Of a stretch of DNA of 64,000 nucleotides, positions 24,277 to 37,157 are shown piece after piece. This DNA comes from Octopus sinensis. Lineage: Eukaryota. Both the position numbers and the translations under genes were made by a program. The stretch spans positions 103,540,001 to 103,604,000 of the forward strand of contig NC_043002.1 of the NCBI RefSeq assembly GCF_006345805.1, in the 5' to 3' direction. The notes under the pieces were generated by a model that ran no database searches, had not been told where the DNA came from, and saw only the letters and a list, made by a program, of their open reading frames with translations. Positions within the stretch are counted from its first letter, which is position 1. Every line of letters starts with the position of its first letter.

Positions 24277-27214
24277 ATATGTATATACATATATATACAC
24301 TAGCAATTTATTAACGTCGTATTGATCCTATGTTTAATGATGATAAATCATAATTGAGGTTTCTATTTTCTTATTTTCCGCTTCCTTTTTCTTTCTATCT
24401 CTCTTTTTCTCGCTCTTTCACACTTTCTCTCTCTCTCTCTCATATATTTATCATTGTATGTTTGTGTGAATGTGCATATATATGTGTGTTTATCAGGGAA
24501 TGTATATATATATATTATATATATATATATATACAAGAAAAGAAAACATATAACTTATTGAATATAATAATGATAATTTCACCTCTCTCCCTGCGAATAT
24601 GTGTATGCTGATATATTTCTCATCTCATCTGTTGTCCGACTTATATTTCCTTAACGTCGTGACAGTGTATGTATATGCATATACACATCTGTTGGACTTT
24701 GTATATCTTGAAGAATATATGCGTTTGTGTTATTAAACATTACACAGTGGCGTTACCTTCAGATATTTGATATGAATAACAGCGGCAATATAAAAGCAAG
24801 CTTCACTTTAATTAGTAACTGTATCTAAGTTTTGAAACCCACTGTGAATCGCCTCTCCCTAGCTATAAAAACTTTAATGATACTCTAAAATATAATTTTG
24901 AAGCTATATTTCTTGAAATGTATCTCTAAAAATAGAAATAAAATAAATAAATAAAAATACCCCGGTGAAATATTGTCGAATATCAAAGAATTTCTTTCCG
25001 TATTTCATTTGGAGTTTTCATTTCTTTAAGCCATCGTCTTAATTTAACAACGTTTACCAGTTGCGTCGCGGTGTTAATAAACGTCACGGAAAGCTCTTAG
25101 TATGGATAATTTATCGACAATTAAACTCCTGCCTCTGACAATAAAATCGCTCGCTCTATCATATCTTAACATTAAGATTTCGTATTCGTGTTGAGAATAT
25201 CACCGAACTGCCATTACTATCCAGTAGAGCTAATGGCTTCAGCTTTAATATTTAATCTTATCGAGACTGAATTCTATAACAAACTCACGCATGTTTGTCT
25301 CATAAGAATGATAACTATTTTCAAAACTTCGAAAGGAATGTCCATCCGCTGAGATGATTTCTTAATTGATTACGGCAGGTATTATCTGTGATGAGACAGC
25401 GGTTCCATGTTAATGGCAAAGGAAGTAGTTTAAAGCATATTATAAACAGAATAATCCGTTTAGGAGACTAAATCTCTCGCAAATAATCGAAATAACGGCA
25501 GTGCGATAAAGGTATATGTATACGTGCATGCATACTTCTATATAAGCATACAAGCCTGCATGTGCATGCGTATATACGTTCATACATATATTCATAAACA
25601 TGCACACTACACTGACACACATGCACATACACATATATTAGCAAATATATATGTATGAATATAACCTCACCCCATATGTGTATATCTCTCTCGCGCTTAT
25701 GCTTCACATACGTAACTACACTTGGAAATATTTTGAATTAGGTTTTGTGCTCGTAGATTCTGTTGTACTCTTTAAGGAGAGCCGCATTGTAATGTGCCAA
25801 TAAAATTTCTTAGACGTTTTCCAATGCCAAGATGAAAGCTGCATTCATATTTTTTTTTATTTAACAGAACGTTTAGAGATCACAATATATCTTTACTTCG
25901 AATATTAATCCACCTGCAAGTTGTTCATTAGATTCTATTGAAGTGTAACATTTTGAACTTAGACGGTGAGTTGAGACCGCAGCGAATAATGTACATTCAT
26001 TGCTCATTCTGGTTGAAGCTAATTTCCTAATAATTCGTGTATCGTCTTTATCAAGAAACAAGAGGAGCAAAAAATAAAATAAACAAAAGCGCGTGTGGTT
26101 AAATAAAGATTTAAAGTGTTTGCCAAAATGAAAACAGGACTGTCAGGTGTGGAACGCCTTTTGAATCTATATTTACGAGGCCAAGTTTCAAAAATAAAGC
26201 ACTGATGCTAAGAGGTCTTCTCTGTGATAGCGTAATAACATGTTACACAATAGTATGTTTCCTACAAACGTCACCTCACTCAATTAAAACTTGCACCACG
26301 AAATACTGAGACTGGTGTGCGCTGTAGCTGAAACAGGCTGATGTTATGGTTATTTGAAGAAAGAATTTGGGCGGTGTCCCCTCGTTCCGGACCAAGTTGT
26401 GAATCAACTGCAGCAGCAACAAAAGCCGTTCAAGAATTTGAACCTGGAGATCTCCATTTCCAGCGACTTCAAGGGCCACCTCCCTGTGATGTCGGGCGTC
26501 AACGAAGAACCCTCGGCTACAAACAAAACGACCAGAGTTATTTTTTCCAATGTCTGGGGTCTCCCGCCCCTAAGCCCTAGACCATCACCTAATCACCCTT
26601 AACCGTCTTGTTGCTTAACAACAACGACAACAACAATAACAGCAGCAGCAACAAGAGGATTAATAGCGAGAGTAATAATACCATTCAGTTTGCTCATTTC
26701 TATTTCCATCAACGGTAAAGGATTTTAGTTGTTATTGTTGTTTTCATCGTTGCTCTTGTTGTTGTAGTTGTTGTTATGGTGGTGGCGGATGTGGTTAAGC
26801 CTGAAGTCGCCTTTAATCAAGAAGATATAATTGCAAAGGTATTTCAGCGAAGCCCGCCCTAGATATTTGTTCCTGCCACACCTACACGAGCGACTATATC
26901 AATTACTGCGTGGTTTTGTGAACAGCATGTTGTGGTTTGTAGAAAATACGGTTGCTATCTTTCGTACTTTCGTGTAGTGTCCCTGTAGAGGCGCTAATGT
27001 ATTACTCAATCATTGCTGGAATGTTTGTTTTCAAATTTTCCAGAGTCTACATAGATACAACAGAATAGGTATGGACTAATACCCGTTGGCCCATACTAAT
27101 ACGTGTCTTAAAAGTAAGTCTTGCTATACATTGAACGATACTCTTAAGACTCACGGGATTTAACATGGAGCTGAACGTCTCAATATATTTCTACACATAT
27201 AACTATGCACATGC

Positions 27215-27552
27215 TCTTTTATTCTGCGGCCATGCTGGAGTAACGCCTTTAGTCGAACGAATGGATCCCAGGACTTAATCTTTGTAAGCCTAGTACTTAT
27301 TGTATCGGAGTCTTTTGCCGAACCGCTAGGTTACGGGATCGTAAACACACCAGCACCACTGGTCAAAGTGATGGTGGGAGACAAACCCAGAAAAACACAC
27401 ACACACATGTACGACGGGCTTCTTTCAGTTTCCATCTACCAAATCCACTCTCAAAGTTTTGGTTGGCCCGAAGCTATAGTAGAAGACATTTGCCCAAAAT
27501 TACACGAATTGGAACTAAACCAGGAACCATGTGGTTGGGAAGCAAGCCTCTT
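27215..27552 (-). mobile_element. Family A SINE, split by insertion (5' remnant at 29512-29540)
   Basis: SINE head breaks at GGAAGCAAGCCTCTT (27538-27552) and resumes at GGAAGCAAGCTTCTTACTATACAGCTACT (29512-29540). Confidence 0.8.
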
Positions 27553-29511
27553 TATTTCATTAAATTGGCCATATAGGCCTTACAAAGAGAAGCTTGTGGG
27601 CTGGACATGGACAAGATGAGATGAAATGAAACAAAATGATACGGATGAGAGGGATGTCGGCTCCCACCGACCGACAAACCATCGAATACAAAGTTTCTTA
27701 CAACAATTCTATTTGTCAGGTCCCCCAAGCAAAGTGACTTGCCGCCTGCACACAACTCTGCATCAACAAGTCCGGGCCTGCAAAGAGGAAAGCAAATTCA
27801 AAGGCTCGCTGTGACATTTGTCAGTATTTTTTCAGTTACTACCTCCGCAGCCACCTGCGGAGGCCATATCGGAAAACTTGAGCAGACCGAGTACACACGT
27901 TCTCGGTCACCCAAGCCGTCCAAAAACTTACTCACCGTCCCTCCCTCGTGGTAAAGGAGGACAAACACCTCCTCTTCACAGGAAGGGACCTCATACTTCC
28001 CACTGACGGAGCCCTATCCGCAGGTGGCACACATCCCACCTGCGGCTCCGTCGGCGGCCCAGGAACATCCACTGACCGTCCCCTGCTCCTCTTTTTCGTC
28101 TTTCTTTTTGAACCTGCGGGAGCAGAGGGCTGCGTTGACAGACACGGGGGTTCATTACCCTCCTCCGCCGCCTGAACATTCTTTGGTGAGCAATCATTTT
28201 TGCTCACCTTTCTTTTTCTTTTCGTGGAGGCAACTTCCTCCACGACTTCCACCGTCTCCCCCCAATGAGGGGGCGGCGGGCACCTTCTCTTTCTCATGCT
28301 CCAGGGCCCCACCATGACCCCCTGGACAGTTCCTTTTGATATGGCCAGGCTCCAGGCTCTGGTGACACTTGGGGGCGTCCCTCAATTATCACCGGGTACC
28401 TGTATCCGGCCATTTTTAGAAAATCCAGAAACATCATGTCTCCCACGGCCACCGGGGTCCACAGGATCAAAGTTGCCTTTGAACCCTCCCAGTCGACCGC
28501 GGGAGTAATCTTCAAACTCAATAGCCTCGGCCCGGTCTCCCCCAGGCCTCGCCGGATGGTCTTCTCGATCCATCCCGCCTCCGTGCCCGGGTCAGCCCGC
28601 ACACCCAGGCTCTTCTTATCTTCCTCCCACAATAAGTGGAGAGGAACAAAATTCTTCTCCCTCAAAGGGCTCGCTGGCAAACCTACCAGCTTCCACGGGG
28701 GTACTAAACAGCAAACACACCGTTGCAAATTTGGTCCCCCGTGAAATAATTTTTATAGTAGGCAGGTATCTGCCAACTCTTTCTCTATTACGCTCTTGTC
28801 GAAGAGGGCGATGGCACCACACGACCTAGAATAGGTCCGTAGTACCACCGTCCTCTTTTCAAGATCTTTAATCCACTGTTTGGGTGGGACCACCTCCCAC
28901 TCCAAAGCAGCGGTACCGTTTATTTTTTGGCCATGTGCAAAAGAAAGTCTTAAGAGTTCCAAAAAAAGTCCAAAGGCCAAGAGAATGTAAAATAGGTACA
29001 CAAAAGGTAAAAAAAAACATAGTAAGTCCAAAAATTAATTAGTAGTTCATAAGGAAAGAAAAAAGCAGAAAGGATAAACGGAAAATAAAAAAAAAAAACA
29101 CTTCACACAGCAAAAATCCATTTGGCCAACAGGTAATCCCGGCCTTATGTGGATAGGTTCCTTGGCATAAATCGTTTTTGTTGTCCGGTAATTCAAACAC
29201 ATTACAGCCAACGGTAACTGCAACAGCAACAGGTTCTATTCGTGCGAGGATACGCCCCATCAAAAATGAATCAAATAAATTTTCATACACAAAAACAGCA
29301 GCCGCCGAGAGCAGGCGAAATTGTCCCAGAGCTGGGCACAATTTACTGTAAAAATAATTCGCACGCAATAAATTATGCCCAGCTCACAACAAACAAAATC
29401 ACCTACCTCGATAACCATCTCTGTTTTTGTTCTTTTTTCTTTTTAGGACGGAACTCAAAGCTCACGTCCTCACCGTTCAGGTGACAAGAAGTCAACTCCA
29501 CGACCGGAAAC
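27553..29511 (-). mobile_element. ORF1-only non-LTR retroelement (Tx1/L1-type gag, HAL1-like), degenerate
   Basis: 15-bp TSD (1 mismatch). 3' end AATGAAATAAA. Frameshifted ORF ~28934-27790 includes YPVIIEGRP(P)KCHQSLEPGHIKRNCP (CX2CX4HX4C knuckle with one C>S) and a K/R/P-rich tail. No endonuclease or RT motifs seen. Confidence 0.7.
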
Positions 29512-29614
29512 GGAAGCAAGCTTCTTACTATACAGCTACTACAATAATAACTAGTTTTTGATGTACTAATTCTCAAACGCATGTATTCGTTTGATATTTC
29601 TCTTCCCAGTTCTC

Positions 29615-29649
<35 letters not shown>

Positions 29650-31957
29650 CACACACACGCACACATACACACACACACACTTGTCTTGAGGACTGCTATC
29701 GACGCATCTCTGATTTATACCTTTCACAGAGAGATATAAAATATTGGACATTTGACGGACAAAGCTATCAAAAAGACATACGAAGATTAGTTATTCAGGC
29801 GGTTACTTCGAGAATGTTTCTTTCTAGTCAGAATCGACCTAGTGTAGAAAGCAGGGATCTTTTCTATAGCATCCCTTCAACATCTACGTCTCAAACCTCA
29901 GAGTTCCTCCATGCTGGCAATAAAGATGCCAAGATCATTGACTGCACAGAAAGTATTCCCTGAGAGTGCAATATGGTTCTCCATTTGACCTGTAGCTTGG
30001 TTTGTAAAATATGGGGCTACTGGCAGCGTTGTACTTCATGCGCCACTCGGATTAATACTCATCATACAGAAATTTCCAGAGAAAATTGGAAATGTGGCCA
30101 AGAACTATCTAAAATTCCTGATATTGTATTCAAATATTGAAGTGAAATGAGGTATTAATAGCATTCAATAGCATACTCTTTTATTATCTGTGTAACTGAA
30201 ATAGTTATTTACCGTTTACGTAAGGTCCTCTGTTGCAGAAGAATTTTCCACTTTTATTTCATAATTTGAGTTCCCTTTCAGCTGCCAGGAATATTTCGAC
30301 GAGTAAGTAGAATTTTTTTCTCGATCGTGTGTGTATGTGTTTGTGCGTGAGTGTGTGTGTGTGTGTGTAGTATCTGCCTACATGCGTACGATTTAATCCC
30401 AGAACATAAAGTTATATAATTATATCATACAGAATTTTTCTCGCGATCAGTTCTCTATCATTTCATCTACAGCAGTTAAAAGAAAGGCAGCAACATTCAC
30501 CAAAACTAAAGTCTACACATTAAGTGAAATAGGAAGCAATTCGTGTTGAACAATTTATACAATAAGTAGGGGTTTAATTCCGAGCTGACGTTCAAAGTGA
30601 GATCTGATTTATGATCTGCAGTTCCACGCTTGCCTTCTTAATAAATATAAGTAAATCGTTCGTTTTCAATACTGAACACAAATAGACCTGATCAACGAAC
30701 TATTCTTCTGTCACAAAATAACAACACAGATGCCATGAGAATTCATTAGGATCTGATTTAAGTGACGTTGATATTGACGTTTATTTTCTTTCCTTTTTTC
30801 CTTTATTTCCTTTCCGGAAATATCTTCAGAGAAACATTGAACATTGAAGAAGAGGGAAAAAAAGATGATTATACGTACGGGAAGAAAAACAAAGCTCTGT
30901 ATCTAATTATGCATGAATACATAGAGAGATAATTCAAAGAAAACAACCAATGAAAGTGTTTTCCTTTCTAGAATTTGTACCGAAATTATTTGATCTGAAA
31001 TCGATCGTCTGTTTGTAAAAATATTTTCACCAGTATGTAGTTCAATGAAGCATTGTCACATGAGTATACATTTAGAAATGAAATAAAAAGTCAATGCATT
31101 GTTGGATCTAGTGAGGAATCTAAGAAGCTAGTCAATAATTAATTCAATATTTCAGCTGCATCACGTTGTATAGTTATAGTCAGAAACGAACAAAAGTATA
31201 TAAAAAAAAAAGTAAAACCGAAAAATAAACAGTATCAAGGACACCGTGACATGCAAGAGAGTGACACAGTCAGTCTGAGGATCAGTGGGATTTTTTTGAC
31301 ATTTATAGCAGCCAATTAATTTGTGACAACGAAGAAGCTCTTGATGATTTTCGATTTGTGGTTTTTAGGTGCTTAATTAAGGTAGCTTCTTTGAAAATCC
31401 ATATAGCAGTGTGTTGATACGGTGATACGTAACGTTGGCTAAACAAACGCATCAAGGTTGCTCTATTCACCGAATCATAGTTCATTTGTTGTCACTTTTA
31501 TTATTGTGATCAATACTAACAACATCTATAATAATTCACTAATGATATTCCCAGGAATAACGACAACATTACGTGCACATTTTTATGCATAAACACAGGC
31601 GAGAAATATAATTAACCGAAATATGTACTGAACAGAGTGCAATAAAATATATTTATAACAGAATCACTATAAGCTGCAACTCCATAAAGAAAAGCATACA
31701 CATACAAATGTGTACGTACGTATATGTACATAAATGCAGTATGTATATATGTGTGTTTTGTAGTTATGTACAAACGTAGTTGTAGAAGGTTTGCTGTCGT
31801 GTACATTATAATGACCCGCCAGCACGACGCATGCACTAGACGTAGAAACAAAAGTAAGTACGTTGGCGGACGTCGTGCATTTAGATTAGTAGAGTGTTAA
31901 ATGTTGGTGCACTTGGAAAACTCACCAGTACTCACCTATGCATGAAGCATACAGCTC

Positions 31958-32023
<66 letters not shown>

Positions 32024-32024
<1 letters not shown>

Positions 32025-32103
32025 AATCCTGGGGCCGATTTGCTCGACTAAAGATGGTGCTGCAGCGTGGCCGCAGTCAAATGACTGAAACGAGTATAAG
32101 AAG
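32024..32103 (+). mobile_element. Family A SINE 3' fragment
   Basis: TCCTGGGGCCGATTTGCTCGACTAAAGATGGTGCTGCAGCGTGGCCGCAGTCAAATGACTGAAAC. Confidence 0.8.
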
Positions 32104-32106
32104 GAA

Positions 32107-32186
<80 letters not shown>

Positions 32187-32495
32187 AGTATTCGGTAGTA
32201 TCTATATTTGTAATCTTCTAGAAAGATGCAGCACGGGATTTTGTCGGTGAACAGGTCGCGGTCTCAAAGTGACGAAAATATTTTGACAAATTAAATTTAA
32301 ATGTTGAAGCGAATCTAACGGTGTTTGTGTTTCTTAAGTGGCTTATAAACACATTCCACGCTGCAATTGTTTTCGTTCCAGCACACGATCGCAGATCAGG
32401 TCACTTGCTATACAAGTACATCTCCGTAATATATATTAATTAATAATAACAATAATAATAATAATAATGATGATGATAATAATAATAATAATAAT

Positions 32496-32530
<35 letters not shown>

Positions 32531-33073
32531 GTAACAGGCAGTGGCTCTCATGGCTTCTGATCTTAACTGATTGGAAGTGTTATCATGTACGTTGTTTTGT
32601 CTTGGTATAAAAGATGGGCTACAGCAAATATTCTGCTCAATACCACAGATTTGCTTGTCAGTTGTTTGACCTTAACCAGTTGAGCATGTCCCTTAGTGGC
32701 TGACGATATGTGCATCTCTGATCACGAGCAGAAGTAGTGGGGGAGCATCATAGCCATGTGTTGAGAGGGATTCTTTGGGGTTTGAATAGTTCACCTCTGG
32801 AAACATGGGTGGTTCTTTCAACATCCTTAAACAACCCTTATTCAGGGACCGTTTGAGCGGGATGGGCTACTCAACTTGAAGAAAATTCTAACTGGGCCCC
32901 ACCTGCAAGGTCATGTGCTGTTTATCTTGATATGAGATCACCATGTCGCGCACATATGGTTGTGATGCATGTGCCTGGTGTACCTTTATCAGACAGGTAG
33001 TCATGATGGGTATATTGGGCTTCGTATATTTTACCCCAGTGTCACTTTGATGGCATGCACTGCTCTCTCACTC
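32531..33073. mobile_element. ~540-bp interspersed element embedded in (AAT)n on both sides
   Basis: Sharp boundaries with (AAT)n at ~32445-32530 and 33074-33133; higher GC than flanks. Recalled as an abundant octopus repeat, not verified. Confidence 0.5.
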
Positions 33074-33134
<61 letters not shown>

Positions 33135-33221
33135 TGACCACCAAAAAATGAATGACACCTCGATATTATGTAAAATAGAGGAATTTATCTATAAATATAT
33201 GTGACAATTAGTTGGTTGTCA

Positions 33222-33284
33222 TAATAACACTTAGAATTTCGGTTACCGGGGCTGAAATCTACTCCGGCATCTCATCAGTTATTA
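33222..33284 (-). ncRNA. Degenerate type I hammerhead-like motif with long stem II
   Basis: Minus strand TAATAA-CTGATGA-GATGCCGG(loop)CCGGTAACC-GAAA-TTCTAAG-TG-TTATTA: perfect 6-bp stem I, but the cleavage-site nt is G. Confidence 0.45.
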
Positions 33285-33525
33285 AGACAAATGTAAGAAA
33301 AAAAATCGTTGAATACAGTGAAATTACTTTAATTGGTTTGGTAAAAGTAATACTTCATTCATAGAATCCGCATTTGCAAACATATACACACACATATACA
33401 TGTACGCACACACACACATGTATGTATACCTATCTATATACATACTCACACACCCGTGTGCATATACATATAAACACAGATATAAAGCTCTGAGTTTTAA
33501 GACAACCAACTAATTGTCACATTGC

Positions 33526-33685
33526 CGCAGGAGTGGCTGTGTGGTAAGTAGCTTGACTACCAACCACATGGTTCCGGGTTCAGTTCCATTGCTTAGCACC
33601 TTGAGCAAGTGTCTTCTACTATAGCATCGGGCCGACCAAAGACTTGTGAGTAGATTTAGTAGACGGAAACTGAATGAAGCCCGTC

Positions 33686-33764
<79 letters not shown>

Positions 33765-33993
33765 TGTGTATGTATGTGTGTGCATATGGTTTTGCGTGTG
33801 TGTTTGTTCCCCACCATCGCTTGACAAACGATGCTTGTGTGTTTATGTCTCCGGAACTTAGCGGTTCGGCAAACATAGTTCGATAGAATAAGTACTAGGC
33901 TTACAAACAATAATTCCCGGGGTCGATTTGGTCGACTAAAGGCGGTGCTCCAGCTGGCCACTGTCAAATGACTGAAACGAGTAAAAGAAAGAG
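33526..33993 (+). mobile_element. Full-length family A SINE
   Basis: Head, CORE-like motif, (TA)n(TG)n and 3' module all present. Confidence 0.9.
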
Positions 33994-34004
33994 TATATAG
34001 CTCT

Positions 34005-34150
34005 GACAAATGAAATGTTGGTCGAGAGCCAACCTCGTTGCCAGTACGTTGGACGCGATGCCAGTTCTAAGTGCCTCTTCTAATTTCTTAACTAGGTCTC
34101 CCTCTGTTCTATTACGGTCTACTGCTAGGGCTTTACTGTACCTAATCAAT
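34005..34150 (-). mobile_element. Tx1/L1-type ORF2 fragment (post-endonuclease linker)
   Basis: IRYSKALAVDRNRTEGDLVKKLEEALRTGIASNVLATRLALDQHF resembles the helical linker after the APE domain. Judged by eye. Confidence 0.45.
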
Positions 34151-34459
34151 TATAATTTAATTGCTGTTTTTGATGATGACACCCGTAAATGCTCTCTTAA
34201 CTAATGTGCTAATCCGGTCCCTACAGGCCTGGCATGCCGTGAAAGACGCCTTCAGCTTCCAGTAACCTATGTTTCTTATCTAAGTTAAGTGTACAAGTCA
34301 CAAATGTGTTGTCTGTGTAGAATTGCAGATTTTGTGACTTGATGTCGCTTTACAGGAAGCCTTGTATCCAAGGCGACCACAAGCCACTTACATTTATACA
34401 GCCTATTTTGAGCATGTCCCTATCGAAAGTTGTGTTTTACACACAAAAGGAAGACGAAA

Positions 34460-34603
34460 GAGATAGATATATAGATAGGTAGATAGATAGATAGATAGAT
34501 AGAAAGAAAGATAGCTAGATAGTTAGATAGGTAGATAGACAGATAGATAGATAAATAGATAGATACATAGATAGATAGATAGACAGAGAGACAGACAGAC
34601 AGG

Positions 34604-34669
<66 letters not shown>

Positions 34670-34698
34670 GATAGATAGACAGATAGCCAGATAGATAT

Positions 34699-34747
<49 letters not shown>

Positions 34748-34800
34748 CAGACAGATAGATAGATAGTTATATAGATAGATATATAAATTGATAGATATAT
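34460..34800. repeat. (TAGA)n microsatellite
   Basis: Directly visible. Confidence 0.95.
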
Positions 34801-36267
34801 AGGGGGATATATATGTTTGTTTGTATGTAAATTACACTTATATTTCTATATTAGGTACGAATATACTTTGATACATTCTTATATCCATCCATATATGTAT
34901 GTGTTTACGTGTATATCTCTATGTGCGTATTTGTCTGCCTGTAGTTCTATATATAAATATTTGTTGCGCGCGTACTTGTTTTTTGTAATTTTTTTTTTGT
35001 ATTTATGTGTGTATGATAAATACATTTTGTATTTTGCAGATATAGTTATGTGTTTTTCTGCACGTATTATGTTACAGAGAATGTATTCGATTCCAACAAT
35101 CTGATCAGAACGCAGTAGATTCGTACGCGTAGACATCTTAGAGATTCAGAGGTGAAACAGGATATTCGTTAATAGGTATTCTGAGAATGCTTTCAAGTTG
35201 TCATTGATGAGTAAATGGCACTGACGTACTTACAAATGTAGCATCGTAAATTATATGAAACTCACTCGATAACTTTCATATTCATCTACCCTACATGATT
35301 CAAATAGCATCACGATGATTTTATTACGTAATATCTCACCAAATTCCGGCTTGCGTCCATGATAAATTTTTATATAGGAAGCTACTAATATTTATTAAAT
35401 ATACTTCATGTTTATTCTCGTGTATGTATTTCAAAGCCTGATTAAATACCTGCTTCTCTCCGGGATATGTAATTAACTATCGCTATTCCGTGTTGAAGAA
35501 CTAATCGGAAAATTGTGTAAGTGCTTAATAAAGCAGGTAGGGTGTCTCATTCGTTCTTTCAGATCTGCAACTACGTTAGGTTTGTTAGTCTATCACCGAG
35601 TCTACCTGCTGCGTCAAACAAGCCACTCACTAGTGTATTCACTACAGGTTAAATGTAACTACTAAAAGCAACACATTACGTTACATTTAAGTAGATTGGT
35701 CTTTCTGAAATTGCTTTTCACGGATGTGTATTCATATAATTAGAACACATAACAGCAAATGAGCAGTGAAGGAAATGTTTAAATGGTTCAATGATGTCAT
35801 TGACTGGGAGAAAAATTCGATAGGTCAACCCAGCTAGAGTATGGAAGGGAGCCATTGAATATGTAGGCCAGAAGTAGTACTTATTCCAGAGACGTCCGTA
35901 TTCTCAAAGTATGAGCAAAATAAAAGACGTAATTTAAATCGTCAGATAAATTCGCTCGTTATTTTTCTCCTATTTTAATCAACTATTTTCCCTAATCACT
36001 CTATAATATATTCTCGTTAATTGTTCACAAATACTTGCCAACGATACACTCGCTTATTAGTACCAGGATATTAGAAATCACCAGGTGTTAACCCGAAGGG
36101 TTCATGAAGCCATCTTTTGAACTCTACATCTTTTGTTGATCGACGCGCCTCGTAGACTGCTGGAGAGCGACGCGAAAAGGTAATAATCTAAATATGCTAG
36201 AACAAGCAAATACGATGGGTTTGGTAGGACTTACAAACCAAAGTCTTGAAAAGCATTTTAGGTTAAA

Positions 36268-36658
36268 CTAGCAGTATCGCCCGGCGGTGCTCGTGTTTCT
36301 TTCGACCCTGTAGAATTGGAATTTTTGAAGAGTAAAAGTGTTATATTATGTAGCTTGTTATTCTCTTCAAGTGAACATTTTTTCTGGTTGAAATAAACCG
36401 CAAAATGACGACACAGCAGTCAAAAAACCGTACAAAATAGGGATTTTCATAGAAAAAAAAAGCACCTTTTTGATGTAAATAATTTTTCTTGTTAACATGG
36501 TCCGATTTGAATTTTTCTTGTACGGAAGGAAGAACAAGCCTACTTCTATCATACTCTCAATTTTGGTCAACTTGCGCCGCAGGGTCTCGGAGGAGATTGC
36601 GTTAGTTGAAGGCTACCAAACCCGCCATACACAGACAACTTCAGCTTTATATATATGT
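36268..36658 (-). mobile_element. Non-autonomous Helitron, second copy
   Basis: ACTAG at 36267-36271 with adjacent CCCGGCGGTGCTCG hairpin remnant; colinear with 11223-11604. Confidence 0.75.
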
Positions 36659-36859
36659 ATTCATGTATTCATGACGTCGAGGCAGTGTTGTGTGAAATTG
36701 TTGACTTTCCATTGTCATATCTCTGGAAAGAAGTCAAACTTTTCGAATTTCAAAAACCATAAACAAAAGTTGTTGAGGAAGAATAGTTGTGTTTGTTTGT
36801 ATGTCTGTTTGTTTTTCGGTGGACAAGGTATCTCAAGAACTGCTAGATGGTCCGAATTA

Positions 36860-36906
<47 letters not shown>

Positions 36907-36934
36907 CATTATTATTATTATTAGTAGTAGTAGC

Positions 36935-36975
<41 letters not shown>

Positions 36976-37121
36976 CAGCAGCAGCAGTAGTAGTAGTAAG
37001 TAGTAGTAGTAGTAGTAGTATAGTAGTAGTAGTAATAGTAGTAGTAATAGAAGTAAGTAGTAGTAGTAGTAAGTAGTAGTAGTAGTAGTAATAAGTAGTA
37101 GTAGTAGTAGTAGTAGTAGTT

Positions 37122-37156
<35 letters not shown>

Positions 37157-37157
37157 T
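36860..37157. repeat. (ATT)n/(AGT)n/(AGC)n trinucleotide tract
   Basis: Directly visible. Confidence 0.95.

Noticed and set aside
29830-30010. Possible CR1 remnant on the minus strand (NDLGIFIAS..GLRRRC*RD)
   Set aside because: Two short motifs only.
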